This document shows, piece after piece, positions 1-13,686 of a stretch of 64,000 nt of DNA. The notes under the pieces are model-generated. The model was not told the DNA's origin. It saw only the letters and a program-made list of their open reading frames with translations, and ran no database searches. Location: assembly GCA_021613535.1 (NCBI GenBank), contig CP075497.1, positions 10,230,001-10,294,000 of the forward strand, in the 5' to 3' direction. The translations under genes and the position numbers were made by a program. Source of the stretch: Adineta vaga. Its lineage: Eukaryota > Animalia > Rotifera. Numbering within the stretch: position 1 is the stretch's first letter; each line of letters opens with the position of its first letter.

Positions 1-40
1 AAACAAAAGTTTAGTTTATGCATTAAATTTATTGATATAG

Positions 41-2444
41 ATGTGTGCAACAAGTGCCGGTCTTATATTGGGTAAAGAAGGGCCATTTGTTCATATTGCT
101 TGTTGTTGCGGCAATATATTTTCATATCTATTTCCGAAATATGGTCGAAATGAAGCGAAAAAACGAGAAATTCTATCAGCAGCTGCAGCGGCTGGTGTTT
201 CCGTTGCATTTGGTGCGCCTATTGGTAAGAGAGATCTTCTTTTTTTGTTATGAAATAGTCACATCTCGTTCTTTTCCTTAATTTTATTCATTCAGGTGGT
301 GTTCTATTCAGTTTAGAAGAAGTTTCCTATTATTTCCCATATAAGACATTATGGCGTTCATTCTTTTGTGCTATGGTTGGCGCACTTGTTGTTCGATCAA
401 TTAATCCATACGGAAATGGACATGATATTCAATTTAGTATCGATTATTCTGTACCATGGGCATCGTTTGAATTGCTTCCGTTTATTCTATTAGGCATTCT
501 AGGGGTAAAATAACATGAAATACAAGAAGGATTTTCTTTATTTTATTCTATATATAGGGTTTATGGGGAGCTTTCTTCATCAAAACAAATATTTGGTGGT
601 GTCGTTTTCGAAAGACTTCTCGACTGGGACAACATACAATACTTGAAGTAAGTTATAAGGAATTTCTTATGAAAAACAGATGTTTCATCGGAAATTCATT
701 ATTCTGTTACATGTAAGAACATTTTGTTTTATACAAAACAGGTCTTTTGTCAGAGATAATTATATTCCTATCGATTAACTTCAATCGAGAAAAAAAATAC
801 TATCGGAAATTGAATTTTTTTTGTTTATATTTACTAGGTTGTTGGTTTGGCTTTAATTACTGCATTTATTATTTATCCAAATCCTTACACACGTATGTCG
901 ATGTCAGAATTAATCAAACGATTAGTTAGTCAGTGTCGTGTAGAAGACATGATTGATCTTTGGTATGAAGAAAAACAAACTAATGAACATTTGATTTTCA
1001 TTTGAAGGATATTTTTCTCTTGTAGTGATTATCCAAGTTCTCAATTTATTAATGGTAAATCAAAAGGATCTGTTGGATTAGCTGGTCCTGGAGTTCATCG
1101 TGCTATATGGCAATTATTTTTTGCTCTTATTGTTCAAGTAGCACTTGTAACATTTACGATTGGTGTTAAAGTTCCATCTGGTTTAATTATTCCATCGATG
1201 TCGATTGGAGCTATCACAGGCCGTATTATTGGTATTATAACTGAACAATTAGCAATACAAAATCCAACATTTGCTCTTTTCAGTCATGATTGTAGTAAAG
1301 GTAAATAAACTGACTTATATCTAAATTGAAAAATGAAATCTTATGAATTTTTGTAGAGGAAAATTGTGTTACACCTGCCTTATATGCCATTGTTGGTGCC
1401 TGTGCCTTCCTTGGTGGTGTTAGTAAAATGACGATATCATTGGTTGTTATTATGTTTGAGTTAACTGGTGGTTTAACTTACATTGTTCCATTGATGGCAG
1501 CAGCAATGACAGCGAAATGGATTGGTGATGGTTTTGTACGTGGAGGAATCTATGATGCACATATCGAATTGAATGGATATCCATTTTTGGATAATAAAGA
1601 GGAATTTAATTTTACAACAACAGCATCTGACGTGATGCGTCCACGGTATATTTGATTGAATGAAAAATTCATCTTTTCAAAATGAAATTTGTCTTTTTTG
1701 CAGACCAGAACAACATTCATCATTGGCTTTTTTAACACAAAATGGAATGACTTTTCCCGATGTCGACAATTTACTAAAAGAAACAACACATACATCTTAT
1801 CCAGTTGTAGTTTCACGTGAACAACCATATGTTGTTGGACAAGTACAAAGGCGTGATCTACAATTTATTCTCAGTATGTATTCATTTGCTATTTCTAATT
1901 AATGTCGAGTTTTTGATGATACTAAGAATTAGATATCGATAAAGCGATGTTGAAATGATATCAATGTAGAAATGTTTCATTTTCAATTTAGAATCACAAA
2001 AAATGCATCGATATCGTTCTTCGTCAAGTGTTCTTCAATTTACATCTCCAACAGAAGCAACAATCAATTCGGATTATGAATCTGACAATCAACCAGATCA
2101 ACGTTTAACAACAAATAGTGAAGTTATTCAAGTTGGGAATTTACTCGATCAGGTTTGTTCTTTACTAGAATATTTATTAGCATTTGATTTATACATTTAG
2201 GCACCATTTATTGTTACTGATCAAACTCCAATGGAAACAGTAATTGATTTATTCCGTAAATTAGGCCTTAGACAAGCATTTGTTACACGTAATGGGTAAG
2301 TTTGATTCAGATCTGGGTTCGATTTTTCAATTTTTTTCGTTTAAATTTAGTCGATTACGAGGAATTATTACAAAGAAAGATATTCTTCGTCACATTCAAC
2401 AAATGTCTTCACATCAGACCGAAACAACGTATTTGGACAATTAA
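41..2444 (+). CDS. CLCN3: CLC H+/Cl- exchange transporter, ClC-3/4/5 subfamily (5' part lies upstream of window; ~10 exons)
   Basis: Spliced exons give [12 protein letters not shown] (gating Glu), [23 protein letters not shown] (proton Glu), [30 protein letters not shown] and two CBS domains ending [16 protein letters not shown]...LDN* (TAA 2442-2444). Subfamily is clear; exact paralog is not. Confidence 0.93.
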
Positions 2445-3027
2445 ATTCGATTTCTTCTCCCTCTTGCATTATTTTAATCACAGTGAGATCGTATAACAGT
2501 CTCTCTTTCTCTCTCTTGAACTATCTCATATTTATTCTATTTTTTTTTGTCTGTTACCAAAGAACTAAATCTATATTATCAAAGAAGTACAAATGTATGT
2601 CATCCAACTTTCATTTTTTTGTGTACAGTTCTTTCCCTTTTCTCAGTTTCTTCGATATGCGTATGTTTGAAGGGTTGAAGAAAATGCTTATTTTTTGTTT
2701 TTGTTCCACTTTGTTTTTATCTTATCAATGTTTGTTGTTCTCGTATATATCGTTATTTACGTCTCCACTTCTTTTTAATCTATGATTACTTTGTATGGTT
2801 TAGTTGAACAATATGTCTGTTTGTGAAAAAAAACAAAGAACTGCATGGATTGATGATCAAAAATCAAAGTCATATGAAAATGAGAGAATGTTTTCTTTTG
2901 TTTGGTCTATATCAATGATGATAATTCTAAACAAGAGAAAGAAAAAAACAACAGATGTGTCGTTCAATTAAGACGAGATTCTTTTCATTTTTGTAGATAT
3001 CTTATTTGATCTGAATCTTAAAGGAAA

Positions 3028-3252
3028 ATGGGTTCAATTCAAGCAAAAAATCAACCAATAGCTGTTCCTCCTTCGCCATCGGAAACACCTATCGTTGATG
3101 GTGAAACAAAACCAAAATGTAAAGCATGTTGTGCTTGTCCAGAAACGAAAAGAATACGAGATGAATGTGTAATACTCAATGGTCAAGAAAATTGTTCAAA
3201 AGAAATTGAAGCACATCGTTCATGTATGCGAGCTGCTGGCTTCAATATCTAA
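3028..3252 (+). CDS. COX17: Cytochrome c oxidase copper chaperone COX17
   Basis: KPKCKACCACPETKRIRDECVILNGQENCSKEIEAHRSCMRAAGFNI: CC copper site plus twin CX9C motif; AATAAA at 3332. Confidence 0.96.
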   Translation: MGSIQAKNQPIAVPPSPSETPIVDGETKPKCKACCACPETKRIRDECVILNGQENCSKEIEAHRSCMRAAGFNI

Positions 3253-3356
3253 GATTTAGTTTAATTTTATTGAACTATGTTTTCCCCTTAGAAAAACAAC
3301 AGAACTATTTTTTTTTGTAGTCTTTCATAAAAATAAAGAAAAAAAAAACAATTCGT

Positions 3357-4697
3357 TTATTTACGATTTAAAAATAATTTAATTAGATTATCTATTGAAT
3401 AATGACCATCGTCATCTAATGGTAAACATCGTTCAATTTTTGTAATATCATTCGAATTAATACCGAGTTCTTTGAAAACTTTACGTAATTCATTTGGTGA
3501 GAAGAAACCAATATTATCAAGATCAATAATACGTAGTGCTTCACGTAATTCGATTTCTTCCGTTGTTAAAAGATGTTCTTGATAATATTTGCTCTTCTTT
3601 TTCTTTGTTGATTCCGAACGTTTTTTGCCTTGTTTTATGAATGTTGAACCAACAGAACGGCGACGACGACTTCGGGCTGCTGACGTCGATTTAGCTCGTT
3701 TAGATGTCGTTTGTATCGGAGAATTGCTAGGAGCTAAATGAAGATTTTCATGTATAGGTTCAACAATTGATGGTAGTAATGCCGGAGATAGAGATGAATT
3801 AACAGGCATTGTAATTTCTTCAGTTTGTAAGAATTCTAACTGTTGTCGACTCGTTGTATAATATGTTTTGACTACAGATGCAATCGAAGCAAAATCTACA
3901 GGAGAATCGACTTCATTTGATAGCTTTTGTTCAGTTTCTTCAATAATCATCGATGATAAATGTGGTTGTTGATCAGTTAGTAATGCAGCTGAAAGAGTAC
4001 TCGCAGAATCGGACGTTTGAAAGTCGTATTGATAATGACGAATATGTAAAGAATCGTCGATAGTTGTTGGTGTTGTTGTTGTTGATGTTGATGATGACAT
4101 TGCACGAGATGCATTATATTGCCCAACAGGGAATAAATCAAAATTCTAAATGCATAGATCAAAAGATGGTTTCTTATGTTATGGAAAAATATTCTTAGCA
4201 TCTACACGCACCTTTATCAAAGGAAAAATGATCTCCTTTTCATTAATTATCCATTTTCCACTTATTCCATCATGATTCAATGGTTTCTCTAACAGTTCTT
4301 CTGATAACGACATCGAAGTATTTGTCATTGTCTTATTTGAATCAGTTTCTTTCGATAAATTTCGTTCTTTTTTATCTTTTCGAGAACGATGAAATTTCTT
4401 TTTTAATACATTCAATAACCATGGTGCATTCGTATTCTGTGCTGTTAAAATTTGATTCATACTAATTGGTATCGTACCTGGTAGATTTTTATAGAAATTT
4501 TCTTTGATCGAACTAGTTGATTTTGAGCTGTTCAATTGTTTACTATTGTTAAAATATGTTTTAGTATGATATCTCCATGAATAATCTTCTTCATGATCAG
4601 ATGACGAATCATTTCTAATAGAAAATGATTTCGACATTGTCAAAAATAGATCAGTCTCGGATAAGACTTTCATATCATCCATCGAACAGTTTGCCAT
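3357..4697 (-). CDS. Ser/Thr-rich protein with C-terminal EF-hand pair (2 exons: 4697-4211, 4145-3357)
   Basis: GT..AG intron 4210-4146 joins ...FPLIK to NFDLFPVGQ... in frame; C-terminal ELREALRIIDLDNIGFFSPNELRKVF is an EF-hand, the second (LDDDGHYSIDNL) is degenerate. Confidence 0.72.
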
Positions 4698-4853
4698 TCG
4701 AACAAAATTCAAGTAGAAAAAGAAAAGAAGAAGCACACTCACACACACACACACACGCGTACAAAGATACAAAAAAAAGAAAGAAAAAAAAATTAATAAG
4801 TAACCCAAGCAACAGAAGAAAAAAAAACGACAGAAAAAAACAATGAAATATTC

Positions 4854-6596
4854 TCAAACACCTATACAGCCCGATACAAGTTTTCTCCAAGTTTTTCTTG
4901 TATGTGAATGATGATGACGACGTGATCGAGGTGGTTTACTTGATGTTTGTTCTGTTTTTGGTTCAATTAAAGGTACAATAGATGTTGTCGAAGCTGGTAG
5001 AGTGATATTTGTATCACGAAATTCAATTGCTGCTAGAACAGCAGTATCGAAAACAGTTTTAAGATTCTTTTCGGTTAATGATGAACATTCAATATAACTA
5101 CAAGCATGCATTTGTTGAGCACGAGCACGTGCTTCTTTTTCAGTCACCGGTTTTAATTTCTGTTGATCAAGTGTCAATAATGTTTGTAAATCTGATCGAA
5201 GATCCATTTGTGTACCAACGAGTATAATTGGAATTTTCGAATTGGAACGACGTGCACGTGATAACCAATATGTGATTGCATTTTGAAATGATGAAGGATT
5301 GACTACACTGAAGCATAATAGGATAACATCACTGTATGGAATACACAGACCATGTAAAGGTGAAAATTGTTCCTAAAAATGAAACGGAAAATCATTTTTA
5401 AATCAAATGTTATTTCTATTTATTATTTGTTTTGATTTTTTATTCCTACTACTCAATATTAATGATTAGAATTAATAATCATATATGTAAAATAAAACGT
5501 GCATAGAAAAATCGCGAGAAAAATTAAATTAATCAAGTGAGAAGGGATTTATTCCACTTGACAACTGTTGTTTTTTCTGTATCATTGCATATGTAATTAA
5601 GTAATACATGATAAGAATAAGATAAATATATTACAGATGGATGAGTTTGTTGAAAGGTTGGGACGAAAATTTTCTTGTTTTTTCTTTTGTTCTAGAAAAA
5701 TGTATCTTAATTGATGAAGAAGCTAATTCTAGTTCATGTGAAGGAAAGAATAACAAATCGAATCAAATTTGTACTTTTTTTTAAGGAGAATTTCTCAAGT
5801 TGCTTTCGTTCGTCGCTATTTTTCTTGTCGATGATTAATTATTGTATAAGCATCTGAAGTGTGCCAAAGTAGAAAGAAAAAGAAAACAAGGTCGATTAAA
5901 CGGATTTTTACCACTTCTAATTCGAGTTGAGTATAAAGAAAAGCATTCTTTTAACGCCTGTCGGACAAAATAGAACAGGTATGAATGCTTACATTCAATC
6001 GACGCGATCATTGTACAAAGAGAACGCAAAAGAAAAACGAAATTATTAACATTGACACACTTTATACTTGCCAATAAGATCTATCACTATGCATATACTA
6101 TTACCAATACATGCTTTTTTTTCTTTCAATAATTATCATTCTGTTATGCATAAGTCTGTAGGGAAGACTCAAGGTTCTCACAGTCGTGCTCTTTCATAAA
6201 TATATATATATATATATAGTTATAGTTATGTATGTAGAAAATGGTATTTACCTTTCCTCCTGTATCGCAAATGTCGAAATGGACAAGTCGAGTACCAACC
6301 GACACATCAACAGAATAATTATCAAATGCAGTTGGCACGTATTGTGTTGGAAAATCATTTGTTGTATAACTCACAACTAATGAAGATTTACCGACACCGC
6401 AATCACCAATGATAACACATGTTATATGACCACCTGTATGATGATTATGTAGAGATGATGATGGTACGAGTGGAATAGATGAGGTTGATGACGGTGATGA
6501 TGATATAGTTGTTGATGATTGAGTAGCTGATGATGATGTCATATCGTTATGTGTCCTTGTTGTTGTCGTCGTCGTCTCGAAACAGTTTGGACTCAT
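4854..6596 (-). CDS. Rho-family GTPase, RhoU/RhoV (Wrch/Chp)-like, atypical (exons 6596-6252, 5372-4854)
   Basis: GDCGVGKS P-loop, YVPTAFDNY effector loop, [24 protein letters not shown]-terminal Ser/Thr extension, basic tail ending [11 protein letters not shown]. Confidence 0.88.
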
Positions 6597-9030
6597 TTTC
6601 TAAATAGTAAAATGCGATATGATTGAAGGTTGCAAAAAGGTAATAAAAAAAAACGAAATGTAAAAAATTGTGAATATAACGAAAAGACGAACACGAAGAA
6701 AGACGAAGAACGCGAAGAAAAATAACAATTCTAAGAAATATTGACATTTTCAACAAGATACTAAATTACATTTTATCTCGTACCTTTTTGAATATATACA
6801 TCAGTTAATTTAAATGATGAATAACAGAACATTGAACATTAATTTTTGAATAAAAGTCTTGTCATTTATTAATCAAACGAACAATAAATGATCTTTAAGA
6901 AGCGTATAAATATAGGAATAAAAAAAGAAAGAACTTGCTTGTCATACATGCTCTTTTCTTCGTTTCTCTCTGTTTGACGACCATCTCGATTAAAGATATT
7001 TCTTATCGTATATCATCTGGTTTCCTTTACGCCTTACTTTGCTTTACCCTGACAACAACAAACGATGACAGGACGAGAGAAAGAGAGAGAGAGAGACAGG
7101 GCGATCTATCTCCTCTTGTTCTTCGTTCTTTTTTACATATCCAGAATCATTCATTCATAATCTTTTTTTCTCTTCTTTCGCTTGTGTTCTGCCTTTCGGA
7201 TGTTGTCAATAAAATATTATCCGAAAGCGACAAGGGATGCGCAAAACAAGAAGACTTAACATCATATACAAACACGCAGACTGTTTTGATTAGTGTATAA
7301 AAACTTGTATGAAAGGGTAGCCAAACTAAATCAAGATATCTGTATGACAACGATGATTATTTAGTAAGACAAGAAAAATGATTCCTGATGTTTATGATAT
7401 AGTTGAGAACAAGATAGAGAGAAAGAAAAGCAAGAAAAGATCTTGTCGACTATGATACAAGAATACTCATCGAATATAAAAACAATAGAAATGATAGGAA
7501 AAGAACGGTCGGAAAAGGACAAGGAAGAGAAGAAACATCGTTCGTGTAAGTCGAATTTGATTAATAAAAAGGATATGACTACGTAATACACATCAAAAGC
7601 GTTTGTTTCACTGTATATTCTTCAACTGTCAATCATTGACATAGATCGATTGTATTAACAGTGATGGCCGAAAAATGTCCTCAATTTTGTATAACTAAAT
7701 CGGAAGTGTAACTTGCCGTATACCACTTACTTTAATAACCATGACTTATGTATTAACGGGAAACAAAGCTTTTTCAATATGGTGTATGTCTACAGATTGA
7801 TGTAGTCGTTGCAATAGGAAATCAATTTTTTTTCGAACGAACTACAGAGAGAAAAAATGAGAAAGGTGAAATCACGACTTTTTTCTTCTTCTTCTTCTTC
7901 TTCTCCTTTATGCGCTTCTCTTGTCGACATCGTTTCCCTTGCGCCTTCTCAAGGATCTGATGAAAGCAACAAAAAATTTATGTTGTTACGTCATCGTCAT
8001 CACTTCTTTTTTGTCCCTCTTTGAGACACACGGCACGCGTGTACTTAGAGAGAAGAAAATGTATAATAATTTTGATACACCTGACAAATACAAACATGCA
8101 ATCTATCTTGCCTTGACAGTATTGATCGATAAAATCAATAATGATTATTAGAAAAAATAGAAGAAGCTTCTTCGATAAACATTTAGATATGATGATGAGA
8201 AAAAGAAGGCGAACAGACTATGTACAGATAGACATTATGAGAATGTTGATCACACTTTGTCAAGGTGCAAATGTGAAAGAGAGAAAGTAAGTGAGCATGT
8301 ATACGTAATGTTTCATGTCACTTATTACAGTGCATTAATGAAATGATGACAGGACAAGAAAAAGAGAATAGATTCGACGTTCATTAGTACTGTAGTGTCT
8401 GTCATTTGTCCTTCATTCTTTTGCAATAACTATGTTAAATGACGAAGATGATGAGCATTTAACATACCAATTGAATATCAATCGATCACGTAGATAGATA
8501 TGAAGGAGAAAAAAAATGAAACTTACTATCGTAACTCACCCTCGACGATGTACAATCGCATCTGGTTCATTTTTTTTCCTTCTCTTTGAAATAAAAATTC
8601 TTCTTTCATATTATATTCGTTACGTGTACATATGTATGCGTAATAGCATCTATACAGTATGGTGCTCGGTCCGTCAATTATTCTTTCACTTCTTCTTTGC
8701 ATCTAGCCAGCAGCCACGCAGAATATGATACCTCTTTTGTCTTTTCTGTTTTATCATGAAAATGAGAATATATGTATGTGACGGAATGTAAAGACGAAAA
8801 AAACAACAAAAGAAAGTATGTACATGCTAAACTCGTTGATCAACAGTATATTTAATGAGTTTGTGAGGTCTCTTCTACACATGCATATATACATACATAC
8901 GTTTATATGAATGTACATGCTCAGTCTTTAATATGTGCATTCAAGCGCAAGAATAGGAGAGGGAAGTGACACATTCAGTTTGCCTCTCGATTTGCTAACA
9001 TCACGCTTGAACTGAATACAACCTATCAAT

Positions 9031-9400
9031 AATGCCACATCGATCAGAAATGATGAAGATAGAGATGCTGATTATGCAATAATAATAACTGGTGAAATCG
9101 ATGGTAATAGTAAAGATTACCCTCGGAGAGAGAGAATGTATTGTTGATTGATAGAAGTGTTTTGTTATACTTAAATCAGATGCTTTCAATTTCATCACAT
9201 ATCGATTATTATTCAACAATATCTGTAGAAGAAAGAAAATAAATACAAAGAAACCTCAATATAATCGTCTGCTGTGCTGACATAATAGTCTGATGCACTA
9301 CTTCTCTAGTATTTTTTATTTACTATCTGGATTTCTGTAAATAAATTTCAATGTCTTCCAAATGGAGTGTATATTTTTAGATGAAACGAGAAAAATTTTG
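9031..9400. repeat. Copy A of a diverged ~350 bp direct duplication (copy B at ~10403-10735)
   Basis: aatgccacatcgatcagaaatgatgaagatagagatgctgattatg vs aatgctacatggaccagaaatgatagagataaagatgttgattata; also tatacttaaatcagat vs tatacttgaatcagat and aatatctgtaga vs atatctataga. Confidence 0.75.
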
Positions 9401-10402
9401 TCTAGATTTTCATGCTTAATATAAATAAATAAATAAATAAGTAATGTTTTTGAAGAAAACTTTTTCAATAAAATAATTACAACTTTCTACATATCATGAA
9501 CTTGTCCATAACAACTTCTTTGATGTTCTTTAAAGTTTCTTTTGTAATACGATCGTTAAATGATATTCCCATTGGAGAACATCTGATTTTATGATGAGAA
9601 TATCCTCTCTAGACCAAGTTTCAAGATCTTTAATATATATACTTTTTCTTTCATTTATAGCATTGTTTTATCATGCATAATTGATGTGTTACTATATTAC
9701 ATAAAATGTTACTAACAAGACAAAAGAACAAGAATGTATCACAGCTTGACGTAGTCTGATGAAAAGAGAAAGTTAATAAAAATTGTTATCTGAACTTGTT
9801 TCTAATTTAGTCACCCATGCTGTTTGTAATGAATTAAACTGTCTACACTATGAATCAAAATATTAAATAAAGCACTATTTTTCTATAGTTATTATCAATA
9901 CAATAGAATAAAAGACAATTGATGGAGAGAAAGGAACTAAACGTTGATTAGTTAACGGTCAATTAGAAACTAACGTATATCGTACGTGAAATATATTGGT
10001 ATCGTTTGATGATAGCCTAAAGAAAGCATAAACTAAATGGTTATTTATAATCCCAAATGTGGATTGTTTATTGGATAACGATAGAGATATCAGATTTAGC
10101 TTTTCAAAGAAAAGAAAAAAGACAAGAATGGGGATATTATTCAAGGATACCTATACTCTTACATATTTTCTTAATATATGGATATGCGACAGAATTATTG
10201 GAAGGATGCATATGATCAGTTCACATAACAGTAGATCGTTGTAAATTATATTTTATCTGACAATGTGACTCATTTATTAAGGAAAGAGTACTGATTGAAC
10301 TCTTTGTTTTATACTTATAGTTTGAATTAAAAAAACACAAGATATATTATAACTTCTCAATCTACTCGAATAATTTTTGCAAAGTATATCTAATTCATCC
10401 GC

Positions 10403-10735
10403 AATGCTACATGGACCAGAAATGATAGAGATAAAGATGTTGATTATATAAGAATAATATCTGAAAAGGTCGATGGTTATCTGAACGATTAATTCTCCAA
10501 GGAGAATGTCTTTTGTATACTTGAATCAGATAGTTTCAATTCGATTTTACTCTAATTATTACACAAATATATCTATAGACGAGAGGAAAACAGCAAATAA
10601 AAGATCAATTTTGACGTCCTATCTATTGACACTTATTTCCGAGATGTTTTTTTTATTTTATAATTTACATTTCTGAGAAAAAGTTCAAATGTCTCTTAAG
10701 AATAGGAGATCTTTTTTAGTGAGAGAAAATAGTTT
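10403..10735. repeat. Copy B of diverged direct duplication
   Basis: Collinear similarity to 9031-9400, aligned by eye. Confidence 0.75.
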
Positions 10736-11006
10736 TCTTTTGGAGTGTTTTTTCACTTTTGACATAGGCAAGCATCTCTTTGTTTGATTTCCGTTTTCTT
10801 TTTACTTTTGGAAAAAAAGTACTTTTAAATTAACTTGTTCAATAAATGTCTCTTTTTTTATATGAAAAAAAAAGAAGAAAAGAACAAAAAAAGAGAGAGA
10901 GAGGTGTGAATATTTGACGTACATTATTAAACACTTAAAATACTAAGTTACAAAAAGAAAGAAAGAAACATCAGTCTTTGAAAACAATAGACAAGTGATT
11001 GCAACA

Positions 11007-12816
11007 ATGACCGAATCACCATTAAGTATACCAGTTTATGAAGGTTCAATGTTGTCACTTCGAAGTACAACTCCATCCATGGTTCGTTCACGTCCAATAA
11101 CAGGCATATCAAAACGGTAAATTAGTTGATTATTTGATGCTGAAGATAAAAATTAAAGTCTTCTTTTTTTTTTCTTGAAGAAAATCTGAACCGGAACCAA
11201 AATGGAAACATGGTGATCTTGAATCGAAATATCGTTGTTTATCATGCAACAATTATTTACGATTTCCTCTGCAATTTGAAACTTGCGGGCATCACGTATG
11301 TTCTAGTTGTTTACCAGATATTATGCGGTACGAACAAAAAACAAAGAAAAAAGGATTTCTTGATGAATGAATATTCTTTCTTATTTCAGCGTTGCTCCAC
11401 GTTGTCCAAGTTGTCAACAATCAATTAATCGAGATAAAATTGTTAATGATAAAGTTTTACAAAAAGATATTCAAAATTTAGAAGTATATTGTAGTTATAA
11501 AGAGAAAGGATGTGATTGGGAAGGTACATTGAAAGATTACATGGTATGAGGAATCTTATAATTGAAAGAGAAAAAAACGATTCTGTTCTTTTAGACTCAT
11601 ATGGACACATGTGGATTTGTTCAAATGGATTGTTTGAATGGATGTGGCGTACGATTTGAAAGACGATTTGCAACTAAACATCAAACGGAAGATTGTCCAA
11701 AACGAACGGTTGTCTGTGAATTTTGTAAGATCATTTTTTGAAATTAATCAGATGGTTTATTGAACTGTGTTTTTTTTCACTCTCTCTTTAATAAGGTAAA
11801 ACAAATATTATCTTCGAAGAAGAAATTCCTCATTACAGTACTTGTCAGGAATTCAAAGTTCCTTGTCCGAATCAATGTTCTAATCAAGAATATTCTCGTG
11901 GTCAAGTACATTAAATTCTTCAAATTTCGTACAAGAATTCTCATTTCTTTCATTTCAGATACAAAATCATTTGGATACTGCATGTCCAAAACAAGAATTA
12001 GCATGTCCATTTGGTGAATGTGGATGTGAATATCGTGGGCAACGAACAGAAATTGGTAAACATATGCACGACTCACCTGGTCTTCATTTAAATCTTGCTG
12101 GAAGATCTATTACAATTCAAAAGAAACTCTTACAAGCATATGAAGAACGTATCAATGAACAGAAGAAATGGATTGAATTATTAGCAAGCAAGGTTAATGC
12201 TTTAGATAAAACTTATGGAGCTCAATATATATGGAAAATTGATCATTATCAAGTGTGTAAATAGTTTAAATCGTTCGAAAAACTAAATCTTTCGTCTTGT
12301 TTAGGAACGATTAGAAGAAGCACGTTCCGGTAAAAAGACAACGTTATTCAGTCCACCATTCTTGACAAGTCGCCATGGATATCGTTTGGCACTTTCAATT
12401 TGTTTAGGTGGTGATGGACGAGGTAAAAAGAAGCAGAAGAAGGAAATCTTCATAGAAAAATAATCGATTTTGATTGAATTCTTTTAGCTAAAGGAAAATA
12501 TGTTTCATTATTTATCTGTGTATGTCGCAGTGAATACGATGCATTATTAGCTTGGCCATTTTCACATCGTGTGACATTTACATTACTTGATCAATGTGAA
12601 GATGTAGATAATCGTCGTCCGATCATCTACAGTGTCAAACCAAATATTTGCAAAGAAAATAAACCATTTTTAGGTCGACCAGTTACCGAACGAAATGCAA
12701 GTTTTGGTGCACAGAAATTTACAGATTTAGAAACCATGTCAACACTTGAATACATTAAAGATGATACAATGTATATCAAAGTTGAAATTGATAATGAAGA
12801 AATGATTATTATATAA
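11007..12816 (+). CDS. TNF receptor-associated factor, TRAF4-like (RING, TRAF zinc fingers, MATH domain)
   Basis: RING CLSC..CGHHVCSSC..CPSC; zinc fingers (YCSYKEKGCDW, CLNGCG, CPNQC, CPFGECGC); MATH SPPFLTSRHGYRL..EYDALLAWPFSHRVTFTLLDQ..YIKDDTMYIKVEID. Confidence 0.92.
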
Positions 12817-13686
12817 AGACAAAAATAAAACAATAAATCGAAATCGTCGCATAAAGGAAAAGTTTATTTTGATTATTTATTCGTAATTATTTTGTGCAAA
12901 TAACTGAAGAATCTTGATGTTGTCTTTTTCAAATACAAATTGAAATAAAAACACTCTTATATGTATATCAAAAATCTTCCTTTTCTCTCTTGAAAACTTG
13001 GAAAAATAGAAAAACACTCTTATTCAATTGACGACAAAGTTGAAAATAATAACAATACGTTTTTGAAATTTTGTTTTGAAATCCAAAGAACGACCTTGCA
13101 CTTTTCAATATAATGCAAAGTCTTTTATACAGTACATTTTTTTCTTATTCGATCAGTTTTAAGAATAATATTTCTGTCGGACATTTTGTTTGTTTTGCCG
13201 ATAAAATTTTATTAGATTTACTTTACTTCTTTGTCATGGAAAAGAAGAAGAAGAAAAGAAAACGATCATTTTGATAGAATAAAATACAACACAAAATTTC
13301 AATGAAATTTATCTCAGAATCATACTTTCCTGATATTCTTATGCTTTTTACTGGAATAAACTTTGTCAAAGTAAATAATTGAAAAACAACCAGTTCCGTT
13401 GTTGTTCTTTCAGTTAGCTGCGAAAATCGTTTATAATTAGTTTGCAATTCTTTGTCAACATTCATTGATTGTAGTAACGAAAGTGTAAAATGAGAAAGCG
13501 AGAAAGAGAAAAAGAGAGGGTTGGTGAGAGGGTGAGAAATCAAAAAATGGCTGTCACATAAGAAGCATACATCGTACATTATAAGACAAACAAAATCTTC
13601 GAGCTATATAGAAGGGTGTATTGCTTTTTCTTTTTCTTTTGATTGATTTTTTAATGCTTGTTTCATCATCGTCAAATAACTATCGA

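Noticed and set aside
2483-2785. Hydrophobic F/L/S-rich ORFs (also 6935-7300, 7361-7591, 13223-13579, 43016-43231, 55797-56003)
   Set aside because: By-products of T-rich UTR or intergenic sequence, with no domain signal and often non-ATG starts.
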